A stretch of 64,000 nt of DNA from an uncultured Bacilli bacterium (GTDB lineage: Bacteria; Bacillota_I; Bacilli_A; RF39; UBA660), in assembly GCA_947623735.1 (NCBI GenBank), contig CANQHE010000001.1, positions 18,687-82,686 of the forward strand, given 5' to 3'. The first letter of the stretch is position 1. Each line of letters begins with the position of its first letter. The notes under the pieces are model-generated. The model searched no databases. It had not been told where the DNA came from and saw only the letters and a list, made by a program, of their open reading frames with translations. A program made the translations under genes and the position numbers. Below are positions 30,612-39,733 of the stretch, one piece after another.

Positions 30612-32663
30612 TTAGTTTCTTTTTAATACTTTTCTTGTTGTAAAACCAACAAAACCTAAACTTAATACAGCTACACTTATATATGTTAATATATTATCAA
30701 GTGTATTAGGTGATTCCTTTACTACAACTAAATACATACCATCTTGAACAGGTGTATCTAAATCTAAATCTTTACCATCTTTATCTTTAAATCCTGTGGC
30801 TCCTTTATAATTATCTAATAAATCTTTTAAAGTTGTTCCAGCATCAGTCGTTAAAGTACTCTCTTTACCATCTTCTTCAACTACAATATCATATTGAACT
30901 TTTTTAAATGATACTTTAACAGTTACAGCACCTTCTGGCATTGTAAATATAAATCCAGTTTTAATAGCTTCAAATGGTAATTCTTCTCCAGCCTCATTTA
31001 AAATTTTAATTTCTGCAATTTCATAACCTTTATCTGGAGTAACAGTAGCCATTACACTTTCTCCTTTAGCCGCATTTTTAGGTAATTTAATACTACCACT
31101 TTTAGGTTTATCAAATGTAATATCACTAACTTTACCAACTACCCCATTTTCAGATTGTTCTACATCAGTATCTAAATATTTTAAAGCAACATCTTGATCA
31201 AAACTTCCAAAGGTTACAATAATATCTTTATTTAAATTTTCTTCATCACCATAAGTTAAAAGTGGTTCTTTTTTACTTTCAAATTCTCCTCCATCAATTG
31301 TAACTTTGGCCTCATCTTCATAACCTGCTTCTGTATTATCAACTATTACCGCAACACCACTAGGTAATTGCACTCTGCCACTTGTATCGCCTTCATCTTT
31401 AGCATCACCAATAGTTATATTATCACCAGTTCCGGTTGCTTTTATTTTACCACCAGTAATTGCAACATCTCCTTGACGAGCAACAATACCAGATTTTCCT
31501 TCAATTATCGCATCTCCTGAAATATTTAGTTTTCCTTTTTGAGGATGATAAATACCAACAATACCACCTTTTAGGCTTCCACCAGTAACATTAATTGTTG
31601 TATCCGCACTTGGATCAGATCCGTTACCAGCAACTGCTGCCGCATCACCAGTAATTTCTCCACCACTAATAGTAGTCTTAACACCATCATAAGCAACTAC
31701 ACCATATCTACCATCAATAGTACCATTTTTAACATCAACTGTTTTCCCTTGAGAGTAAACACCTGCTTCTGCTCCAGTTATATTTCCACCATTAATAACT
31801 ATTGTAGAATTATCAACGCCATCAACACCATATTGAGTCCCAGTAACTTCAGCCTTATTTATGGTAATATCACCATTGCTAGTCGCATAAATTCCAGCCC
31901 AACCTGTAAATTTACCACCATCAACAGTTGTTATCGTTCTTCCATGTACTGCAAGTCCAATTCCGTCATTATCATTTGATTTAATTGTTCCCCCAGTAAT
32001 TGTCGCATTAACATTTCCAGTTGTGTTACCATTTACAACCACAGCTGCTCCAACTGTACCTTCTATAGTTCCACCAGAAACTATTAATTTTCCAGTTCCA
32101 TTTGTATTAAGGTTAATACCTTGTGTACCTTTTACTATACCACTTTTTATTTCTATCGTATTAGCTTTATCATTTTGAGCACTAGTATTAAGATCAGATC
32201 CAATAGCTCCTCCAGTAATTAATCCACCTGGCCCTATAGCTGTAGTATATTTATTTTCAATTGTAGGTCCATCAACAGTTAAATAGTTACCAGTTGCATA
32301 TAATTGTATTGTAGGATATTCTCTATTATTAGAAATTGAGCCTGTTCCTTTAATTGTTAAGTTAGCATCCCCCCATAACGCTATTTGACAATCATCTTGT
32401 AACTTAATATTATAACTTCCTAAATCAAGAATTATAGGCTCTGAAGTTGAACCGATAAATAAATCAGGAAAATTATCAATAGATTGTTTTAAAGTTACAG
32501 TATTACCACTAGCCTCGGCATAACTATCTCCACCAAGAGCTTCAACAATCTCAGCCGCAGTTTTAGCAGGATTTCCATAAACTCCAACATTTGCAGCATT
32601 AACTGTTACTACTGCTACAAACATAGCAACAAATGTCATTACAAATAATTTTAATTTTTTCAT
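30612..32663 (-). CDS. sortase-anchored Gly/Thr-rich beta-helix surface protein, paralog 6 (SPNTLDN sorting motif)
   Basis: 683 aa with the same signal peptide as paralog 5 and dense GG.I.G/TGG repeats. C-terminal ...VVVKESPNTLDNILTYISVAVLSLGFVGFTTRKVLKRN. Confidence 0.75.
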   Translation of the reverse strand: MKKLKLFVMTFVAMFVAVVTVNAANVGVYGNPAKTAAEIVEALGGDSYAEASGNTVTLKQSIDNFPDLFIGSTSEPIILDLGSYNIKLQDDCQIALWGDANLTIKGTGSISNNREYPTIQLYATGNYLTVDGPTIENKYTTAIGPGGLITGGAIGSDLNTSAQNDKANTIEIKSGIVKGTQGINLNTNGTGKLIVSGGTIEGTVGAAVVVNGNTTGNVNATITGGTIKSNDNDGIGLAVHGRTITTVDGGKFTGWAGIYATSNGDITINKAEVTGTQYGVDGVDNSTIVINGGNITGAEAGVYSQGKTVDVKNGTIDGRYGVVAYDGVKTTISGGEITGDAAAVAGNGSDPSADTTINVTGGSLKGGIVGIYHPQKGKLNISGDAIIEGKSGIVARQGDVAITGGKIKATGTGDNITIGDAKDEGDTSGRVQLPSGVAVIVDNTEAGYEDEAKVTIDGGEFESKKEPLLTYGDEENLNKDIIVTFGSFDQDVALKYLDTDVEQSENGVVGKVSDITFDKPKSGSIKLPKNAAKGESVMATVTPDKGYEIAEIKILNEAGEELPFEAIKTGFIFTMPEGAVTVKVSFKKVQYDIVVEEDGKESTLTTDAGTTLKDLLDNYKGATGFKDKDGKDLDLDTPVQDGMYLVVVKESPNTLDNILTYISVAVLSLGFVGFTTRKVLKRN

Positions 32664-32726
32664 AATATCATTCTTCCTTTCTAAAATTAATTGCTTTAAA
32701 CAAAACCTTTCTCCTTTCTTAAAGCC

Positions 32727-32757
32727 ATTATAACATATAACCCCCCCCCTTCGTCAA
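32727..32757 (-). promoter_or_regulatory. promoter with G9 tract in the spacer for paralog 6
   Basis: TTGACG-AA-G9-TTATATGT-TATAAT. The spacer is still 19 nt, the shorter tract being compensated by AA. C9 run at 32741-32749. Confidence 0.65.
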
Positions 32758-32873
32758 TATCAAAAATACAAATAGACGTCAAGAAAATAAATCTTTCAAA
32801 AATCATGAAAAAAATTCCCATCAAAACTCGATGAGAACTTTTTATTTTTAAAATAATATTTTACTTTTATTTA

Positions 32874-34238
32874 TTAATCTTCTGACTCATATAAAGCTTC
32901 AAATGCTGGAACTGTAATTGTTACACCATCTCTAACATAAATTTCAGGATCAATAGGTTTCCAACCAACAAACTTAAACCCATCTCTTGCATCAGGCGCT
33001 GTCATTTCAATACTTGATGTATCAGCCCGTCTACCTACATTAACAGCACTTTTTCCTCCATCAAATCCTACACAATAAGTTGTATTACATGTAAAGCGTG
33101 CAAACCAAATAAGTCCTCTTCCATCAACACCATATTTCTTTAATGTTTCATTATCTATTCCATTTAATGTTAAATATGAATTAGATGTAACTCCAATCGT
33201 ATCTTTTAAAGTAATAGTTGGTATTGAAGCAATCGTCCGATTCGTAGAAACAATTTTCGCTCTTTCAGAAGCTGATAATTTAAATACTTGTTTAGGCTTA
33301 CTTGTTTCTTCTTGTGTTTTCTTTTCTTCTGTTGCATTTTGTTTATTAGCTTCCGCTTGTTTTAAACTATCTTCCGATTCTCTTTGTCTTCTAGCTTCGG
33401 CATCCGCTTCAGCCTGAGCCGCTTCTGCTTCCACTTTGGCAGCTCTTTCAGCTTTAGCTGCATCTCCGGCTTCTTTTTGGGTTTTAAGTAACTCTTCGTA
33501 TGCTTTATTGTTAGCTTCTTCAGCTCTAGCAGCCGCATCTAATGCCCATTGTGGTAAACTACTTACAGATTGTTCTGCTTCTTCTTTTTCCTTTTCTTTT
33601 TTTGCCTGCTCTTCTTGAACTCTCAATTGTTCAGCTTCAGCTTTTGCTTTTTCATCTTGGGCTTTTTTAGCAGCTTCTTCGGCCGCTTTCTTAGCTTCAT
33701 CAGCGATTCTTTTCTCCTCAGCCGCTTTAGCCGCCGCTCTATTAGCAGCCTCTACTTCTGCTTGAGCTTCTTCCTTAGCTTTTGTTGCTTGTCTAACTTC
33801 TTCTTCGGCTTTTTCAATTTTAGCCATCGCTGCTTGTTTTTCAGTTTCATTCTTAGCTGATTTTAATTCGGCTTCAGCCGCTTTTTTAGCTTCAGTCGCT
33901 CTAATTACCTCTTTTTGAGCAGTTTCTTCTTTGGCTTTGGCTTCCTTAACTGTTGCCTCTGCCTTTTCAAACTTCTCTTGAGCCGCTAAAACTGATTTTT
34001 CCGCTTTCACAACTTCTTCTTTAGTTTTTTCTACCTTTTCTTCAGCTTGTTCTACTTCTTTTTGTGCTTCTTCAACTGTCTTTTCAGCATAACTTAAAGT
34101 ATTTCCTTTATCTACCACACTAGTATAAGCTTTATTTACATTATCATTATTTACAGCAACTATATATGCTCCTGTTGCCACTAATCCCGATGTTAAAACT
34201 AAACCAGTAACAGCTTTAAAAGATAATAATTTCTTCAT
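32874..34238 (-). CDS. M-protein-like A/E/K-rich coiled-coil surface protein with a C-terminal Flg_new-like globular domain
   Basis: True start MKKLLSF at 34238 (RBS AAAGGAGA). N-terminal signal anchor, ~250 aa of AEEKVEKTKEE-type heptad-like low complexity, C-terminal GFKFVGWKPIDPEIY. No poly-G promoter upstream. Confidence 0.65.
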   Translation of the reverse strand: MKKLLSFKAVTGLVLTSGLVATGAYIVAVNNDNVNKAYTSVVDKGNTLSYAEKTVEEAQKEVEQAEEKVEKTKEEVVKAEKSVLAAQEKFEKAEATVKEAKAKEETAQKEVIRATEAKKAAEAELKSAKNETEKQAAMAKIEKAEEEVRQATKAKEEAQAEVEAANRAAAKAAEEKRIADEAKKAAEEAAKKAQDEKAKAEAEQLRVQEEQAKKEKEKEEAEQSVSSLPQWALDAAARAEEANNKAYEELLKTQKEAGDAAKAERAAKVEAEAAQAEADAEARRQRESEDSLKQAEANKQNATEEKKTQEETSKPKQVFKLSASERAKIVSTNRTIASIPTITLKDTIGVTSNSYLTLNGIDNETLKKYGVDGRGLIWFARFTCNTTYCVGFDGGKSAVNVGRRADTSSIEMTAPDARDGFKFVGWKPIDPEIYVRDGVTITVPAFEALYESED

Positions 34239-34380
34239 ATTATAATGTCTCCTTTCTTCCAATAAATATTAAGAAATATTTATACGTATATTATATGCAT
34301 AAAACTCCCAATTAGTCAAGCCCAAAATAAAAAGTGTTAATCCTTTTTGAAAATGTCAGTACAAGATTTTTTGAAAATGT

Positions 34381-34640
34381 CAGTACTATCATATGATAGA
34401 ATATATCTTCGGAACAACTGTTGAAGTATGGCAAGGTGTATTTAATCCTAATTTAGTAGAATATTCAAAAGACATATTGAAGGTCATAGAAGTGATCCTG
34501 TTAAAAGAGAGCAAAAAAGAATTGATGATTAAAAGATATTAGAACAGCTTATAAGAGAAAGAGATGAAAGATTAAAAGCAAGGGCGAAACATAGTTGAGT
34601 TCATCTTGACCCTTGCTTTTTAGATTTCATTAATCATAAT
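34381..34640 (+). other. degenerate insert: 50-aa orphan ORF (MIEYIFGTTVEVWQGVFNPNLVEYSKDILKVIEVILLKESKKELMIKRY) followed by a long imperfect hairpin; flanked by 14-nt direct repeats and an inverted copy
   Basis: GAAAATGTCAGTAC occurs at 34343-34356 and 34371-34384, with an inverted copy (GACATTTTCAAAAAA) at 34706-34720. Hairpin AAGCAAGGG...CCCTTGCTT at ~34589-34622. No similarity to other genes in the window. Confidence 0.25.
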
Positions 34641-34780
34641 ATTTTCACAAATAAAGCTCGTCTTTATTTGTTACTAATTCACTTGCATCGCAAAATACAA
34701 AAACTGACATTTTCAAAAAATCTTAACAGCCCAAAATAAAAAGACAACCTTTAATTAGATTGCCTTAATTTACCATTTAA

Positions 34781-36529
34781 TTAGTTTCTTTTTAATGTTT
34801 TTCTTATTGTAAAACCTAAAGTTCCTAAACTAATTAATCCTAAACTTACATAACTCATAACTGGATCTAAAGTTTCAACAGCTTCAATACTAACAACTTT
34901 AACATACATACCATCAGTAAGTTTTACATCAGATTTTAATTCTTTACCATCTTTATCAGTTATTTTAAGGAATTCTACACCTGACATACTTAACATTTCT
35001 TCAATGTCTTTAACAGTTGAACCTTCCCAGAAGCCCATATCCTCAGCTTCACCATCAACTTCTATAGTAACGGTATAAACATCTTTATAAACTACTGTAA
35101 TTTTAGTATCAGCATTAAGTGGTGTCTTATCATTAAGATCAATAGTTTTCTTACCCATTAAGAATTGTTTAATAATATTAGAATCTCTATATTCATCTAA
35201 AGCTATATCTTTTAAAGCTTTACCTTTAAGAACTTCAAATGATTCAATTTCTTCTCCATCAACATCTACCAAAGTAATTTTAATAGTTTCAACAGTACTT
35301 GAAGTATTACTATTATTTTTAACTAATGTAAGGTTATCATCGCCAACTTTAACATTTACTGCTTTAGCTGATTTATTAAGTAAAATAGCTCCTTCTTCAG
35401 CACTAATAGTTAATTTTGTTGCATCAGCATCTTCTTCAATAACTAATTCTTGACCTTTAGCAACATTAATATTATTAGCGGATACATCTCCTTTAACAGT
35501 TATTGTATTATTGTTAATGACAACACCTTGAGTAAAGTCTACGTTTGCTCCAGCTGATTCATCAACTGTTTCATATTCAAATACAACACCAGCACCAGTT
35601 ACAGTTAGTTTATTATTTTCTCCTGGAACTGAACCAATCTTAGTAGCAGTCACATTGGCAGAACTACTAATAATTGCATTTCCATCTAAAGAAATATCTT
35701 TTCCACTTGATGTTGCATTACCTGTTGCATTAACCTTAGTAGTACCTCCAATATTTGAATCTCCCACTAAAGTAATACCAGTACTAGTATTACCAGTTAC
35801 AGTTATAGTTGAATCACCCTCTGAAGTAATTTTACCTTTAACTCCTGATACCCCATTAGTAACAGTTAAATTACCATTATTTAATGTAATATCTTTATCT
35901 CCAGTAATACCAAATCCCATACTATTTGTTACTTTTACAGAACCATTATCTTTAATATCTAGCTTATTAAGCCCTTGCATACCACATTCCATTTTGGTGA
36001 TATTTAATGCTGAACCTTCGCCACTTACAGTTACAGTTCCTTGATAGTATGCTGATCCATTATAACCAGTAATACCTCCTGTGTTAGATGTACTACTTGT
36101 AGTATAGTTTCCTGTAATATTTACTTTACCACCATTAGTAATATTTAAAGCTGAATTAGCTCCTTTTAAAACTATGGCATAATTTCTTGGCATATTAGAA
36201 CCAGTTACAAATTGGGTTGTAGTTGTATTAGTAAATACTAATTCCCCACCATTTACTGTAACCTTTCCATTCTCTCCAATAATTAAAGTCCGATCACCAA
36301 AATCGACTTTACTAGCAATTGTAATTTCACCATCAATTTCAATCGCTTCGCATTTTGCATCTGAAGCACTACCATTATACCCTAAGGCCGTAGTTAAATC
36401 AGTTGTATCAGTAACTTTACAAATCTTGGCATTAGAATCTCTAGTTACTTCCGCATTAGCTGTCATGTTAAATGCTAAAGACATAACAGCAATCATCAAA
36501 AACCCACTTATTCTTTTAAGATTTTTCAT
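34781..36529 (-). CDS. sortase-anchored beta-helix surface protein, paralog 7 (AVETLDP sorting motif)
   Basis: 582 aa with signal peptide MKNLKRISGFLMIAVMSLAFNMTANA, NITNGG/VTGN repeats, C-terminal ...VVSIEAVETLDPVMSYVSLGLISLGTLGFTIRKTLKRN. Confidence 0.75.
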   Translation of the reverse strand: MKNLKRISGFLMIAVMSLAFNMTANAEVTRDSNAKICKVTDTTDLTTALGYNGSASDAKCEAIEIDGEITIASKVDFGDRTLIIGENGKVTVNGGELVFTNTTTTQFVTGSNMPRNYAIVLKGANSALNITNGGKVNITGNYTTSSTSNTGGITGYNGSAYYQGTVTVSGEGSALNITKMECGMQGLNKLDIKDNGSVKVTNSMGFGITGDKDITLNNGNLTVTNGVSGVKGKITSEGDSTITVTGNTSTGITLVGDSNIGGTTKVNATGNATSSGKDISLDGNAIISSSANVTATKIGSVPGENNKLTVTGAGVVFEYETVDESAGANVDFTQGVVINNNTITVKGDVSANNINVAKGQELVIEEDADATKLTISAEEGAILLNKSAKAVNVKVGDDNLTLVKNNSNTSSTVETIKITLVDVDGEEIESFEVLKGKALKDIALDEYRDSNIIKQFLMGKKTIDLNDKTPLNADTKITVVYKDVYTVTIEVDGEAEDMGFWEGSTVKDIEEMLSMSGVEFLKITDKDGKELKSDVKLTDGMYVKVVSIEAVETLDPVMSYVSLGLISLGTLGFTIRKTLKRN

Positions 36530-36552
36530 CTATCATTCTCCTTTCATCATTA

Positions 36553-36583
36553 ATTCTAACATGATACCCCCCCCCCACGTCAA
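36553..36583 (-). promoter_or_regulatory. promoter with G10 tract in the spacer for paralog 7
   Basis: TTGACG-T-G10-TATCATGT-TAGAAT, 19-nt spacer. C10 run at 36567-36576. Confidence 0.6.
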
Positions 36584-36692
36584 CAATTTAACATTAAATT
36601 GACAAAAAAAGACAAAAAAGAAACATAAAAGAAAGAACTTACCCTCGCACTTTATCTAGCATTTATTATTTATTCATGATAAAATAAACCTG

Positions 36693-36917
36693 ATGTTTAT
36701 GAAAAAAATTCTAATTAAACTAATAAAACTTTATCAATCTATACCCGGAGATTTCCACAATCACTGTCGCTTTTATCCCACTTGTAGTAATTATGCGATT
36801 GAATCTTTAGAAACCCACGGCTTATTTAAAGGCTTATATTTAACTATTAAAAGACTTTTAAGATGTAACCCTTTTAACAAAAAAGGTGGTATTGACCTAG
36901 TTCCACCTAAAAAATAA
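36693..36917 (+). CDS. yidD: membrane protein insertion efficiency factor YidD
   Basis: 74 aa ...[34 protein letters not shown]... is the diagnostic YidD motif. Confidence 0.85.
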   Translation: MFMKKILIKLIKLYQSIPGDFHNHCRFYPTCSNYAIESLETHGLFKGLYLTIKRLLRCNPFNKKGGIDLVPPKK

Positions 36918-36991
36918 TCCTTTATATTTTTTTCTTAAAACTTAAACTTTTCCATAGAAAAAAGTCCATCTCTGGACTATATAATCTTAAA

Positions 36992-37084
36992 TGGCGGAGT
37001 AGAGAGGATTTGAACCTCCGCGCCAGCATTCGCCGACCTAGATCCTTAGCAGGGACCCCTCTTCAGCCTCTTGAGTACTACTCC
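36992..37084 (-). tRNA. tRNA-Ser (anticodon GCU), class II with long variable arm
   Basis: Reverse complement GGAGTAGTACTCAAGAGGCTGAAGAGGGGTCCCTGCTAAGGATCTAGGTCGGCGAATGCTGGCGCGGAGGTTCAAATCCTCTCTACTCCGCCA is 93 nt with anticodon loop CTGCTAA and encoded CCA. Confidence 0.85.
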
Positions 37085-37214
37085 AAATTGCCATTACTAC
37101 TAGAGTATACACTAAATACTATTTTAAGTCAAGTAACTCTTTTAAACTTTTCTTCTCTTTTAGTATTAGTTAATTATAGAATATTATTCCTATTTTTTCC
37201 AATACTAATTATAG

Positions 37215-38657
37215 GTGAATAACATGGAAAATAAAATAATCAAACGACTAAAAAAAGAATTTACAAGTGTTCCCGACTTAACCATCAAAAAAATTAAAAT
37301 TTCGTTATTTACAACGGTATATGTCGCCTACATTGAAACTGTTTCATCTTCCGATAAAGTAAATGACTATATCTTAAAAAACTTAAGTCACTTAAGTATA
37401 TCTAAAAATCCTAAAATATATAACTTAGATAGTATTATTCCCGGTCCCAACAGTATTACAATTAAAAACTTAGATGAAATGGAATATTACATTACTAATG
37501 GTTTTACTCTTGTAATATTAAATGACTCTCTTATTGCTGTCGAAACTAAAGCCGATATAAATCGAGGTATTCCCACTCCTGATACCGAACCCGCCACCAA
37601 TGGTCCCAAAGATGCTTTCACGGAAAATTATCAAATAAACATGGGTTTAATTAAAAGACGTCTTAAAAGTAGTACTCTAAAAACTACCGAATTTACTGTC
37701 GGTCGTATTACTAAAACCAAAGTTGGTTTATTATACTTATCAGATATTGCTGATGAAACTCTTATTAATGATATCTCAAATCGTATTTCTAAAATCGATA
37801 TTGATGGTATTATTGATAGTTCCACTCTCGGTCAACTTATTTGTGCTGAAAATAAAGCTCATTTCCCTATTTATGTTATTACCGAAAGACCTGATAACGT
37901 TTCTAAAGCTTTACTTGAAGGTAAAATTGCAATTGTTGTTGATACTTCTCCTTTTGTCATATTATTGCCGGCTTTTTTTGCGGATTTCATTAATCCTGGT
38001 GTCGATAGTTATCATAAAAGTACCAATATTAATTTTTTAAAAATTCTTCGTCTCGCTTGTTTTTTCTTATCGATGACTATCCCGGCTATCTATATTGCTT
38101 TAGTAAATTACAATCAAGAAACAATCCCGACTCCTCTCTTAGTCAGTTTTAGCATTCAAAGAGATGGCGTTCCCTTCCCCGCAATAATTGAAGCCTTTAT
38201 TATGTTATTTATTTGTGAAATGATGCGTGAATCAGACCTTAGATTTCCCAACTCTTATGGTAGTGCTATTTCTATTCTTGGCGCTTTAGTTTTAGGTGAT
38301 GCCGCGGTTACTGCCGGAATTGTTTCCCCTATCATGATTATTATTATTGCGCTAACTTTTATCGCAAGTCTTATCTTTACAGAAATTGAGGTTTATAATG
38401 CTCTTCGTTTTAGTCGTTTTGCCTTTTTATTATTTGCCTCTTTCTATGGTATTTTAGGTATTGTTTTTGGTATGTTTTACTTTTTAATAAAAATATGTGA
38501 TATCAAATCATTTAATAAACCTTACTTCTATCCTATCTCTCCTTATGATAAAACTTACTTCTTCAAAACTATCCTTAAAAAACCAACCGCGAAAGATACT
38601 AAAAGAAGTTCGATGTTAACCCATAAAAACTTTACTAAAAAAGGTGAATCGCTATGA
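37215..38657 (+). CDS. spore germination protein, GerA (A-subunit) family
   Basis: 480 aa with N-terminal soluble domain plus C-terminal TM region containing ...GVPFPAIIEAFIMLFICEMMRESDLRFPNSYGSAISILGALVLGDAAV..., typical of GerAA/GerKA. Confidence 0.85.
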   Translation: MNNMENKIIKRLKKEFTSVPDLTIKKIKISLFTTVYVAYIETVSSSDKVNDYILKNLSHLSISKNPKIYNLDSIIPGPNSITIKNLDEMEYYITNGFTLVILNDSLIAVETKADINRGIPTPDTEPATNGPKDAFTENYQINMGLIKRRLKSSTLKTTEFTVGRITKTKVGLLYLSDIADETLINDISNRISKIDIDGIIDSSTLGQLICAENKAHFPIYVITERPDNVSKALLEGKIAIVVDTSPFVILLPAFFADFINPGVDSYHKSTNINFLKILRLACFFLSMTIPAIYIALVNYNQETIPTPLLVSFSIQRDGVPFPAIIEAFIMLFICEMMRESDLRFPNSYGSAISILGALVLGDAAVTAGIVSPIMIIIIALTFIASLIFTEIEVYNALRFSRFAFLLFASFYGILGIVFGMFYFLIKICDIKSFNKPYFYPISPYDKTYFFKTILKKPTAKDTKRSSMLTHKNFTKKGESL

Positions 38658-39733
38658 AAAAAATATTTCTTTTATTTATTCTAACTTTTCTTCTATCAGG
38701 CTGTTATGACTATAATGAACTTAATGATTTAGCCATCATATCCGGAATTGGCATTGACTATACAAATGATAAATATGAAGTAACCTTTGAAATTATGAGT
38801 ACTAAAAAAGAAGGTGACTCATCTAGTGCTTCCACATCTAGTTATACGGTCTCATCTAAAGGTAAAACTGTCTTTGAAGCCTTTTCTAACAATGGTAATA
38901 TCATGGATAAAGTTCCCTATTATGACCATGTTGAAGTTGTTGTAATCGATGAAGAAGTAGCCAAAAATCATTTAGAAGAAGTCGCTGAATTTTTAATTCG
39001 GAACTCTAAATTCCGTAATGAAGTTTATCTAACCATCAGTAGTAATACTAAAGCCAAAGATTTATTATCGGCTTCTTTTAAAGAAAAACCTGATGCTAGT
39101 TCCTTTATTGTCGGTCTCCTTGAACATAGTTCTAACTCATCAAGCGCGGGCTATTATGATATCTTTACCGAAACTCTAAATAACATTTTAACTAAAGGTA
39201 AAGATGCTCGTCTCCCTGTTTTTACTTTAAAAGATAAAAAAATATCTTTAATCGGTATTGGTCTTTTTAAAGATTTTAAATTACAAACTATATTAGATAA
39301 TAAATCTTCAGTTATTCTAAATATTTTAAGTAACTTTAATGTTGAAACAGCTCTATTTGAAAAATCATGTGCCAGTAATAATAAAACTGTGATAAGTATT
39401 TATGAATCTAATATATCTATCGAACCTAATAATAAAAATACGATTATCTCTGGTAATATAAGTGCTCGGATAAATGAAGATACTTGTAATTATGACTTAA
39501 AAAAAACTAATACTTACGAACTATTAGAAGACCAATTTACTAAAGTTATTACCGAAGATTTTAATAATACGATTAATAATTTAAAACTATATCAAACTGA
39601 TATCTTAAGTATAGGTAAAAGTTATTATAATAAATATCGTAAACCCTATTATAATCTTTGGATTAATCAAGATTTTATCTATGATATTGATTTAAAAATA
39701 AATAAGAAAGGTTTAATATTTGAGGTGAATTAA
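38654..39733 (+). CDS. spore germination lipoprotein, GerAC (C-subunit) family
   Basis: Lipobox FLLSGCYDY plus Ger(x)C-type domain. Overlaps the A-subunit stop (ATGA). Confidence 0.8.
   Translation: MKKIFLLFILTFLLSGCYDYNELNDLAIISGIGIDYTNDKYEVTFEIMSTKKEGDSSSASTSSYTVSSKGKTVFEAFSNNGNIMDKVPYYDHVEVVVIDEEVAKNHLEEVAEFLIRNSKFRNEVYLTISSNTKAKDLLSASFKEKPDASSFIVGLLEHSSNSSSAGYYDIFTETLNNILTKGKDARLPVFTLKDKKISLIGIGLFKDFKLQTILDNKSSVILNILSNFNVETALFEKSCASNNKTVISIYESNISIEPNNKNTIISGNISARINEDTCNYDLKKTNTYELLEDQFTKVITEDFNNTINNLKLYQTDILSIGKSYYNKYRKPYYNLWINQDFIYDIDLKINKKGLIFEVN

Noticed and set aside
34263-34780. Invertible (recombinase-driven) promoter switch upstream of the coiled-coil gene.
   Set aside because: The inverted repeats are short (~12 nt), there is no adjacent recombinase gene, and no promoter-like element is bracketed by them. 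It is kept only as a low-interest oddity.
37010-37222. 70-aa plus-strand ORF from the track.
   Set aside because: It overlaps tRNA-Ser (36992-37084) on the opposite strand and the gerA promoter region, with no RBS; spurious.
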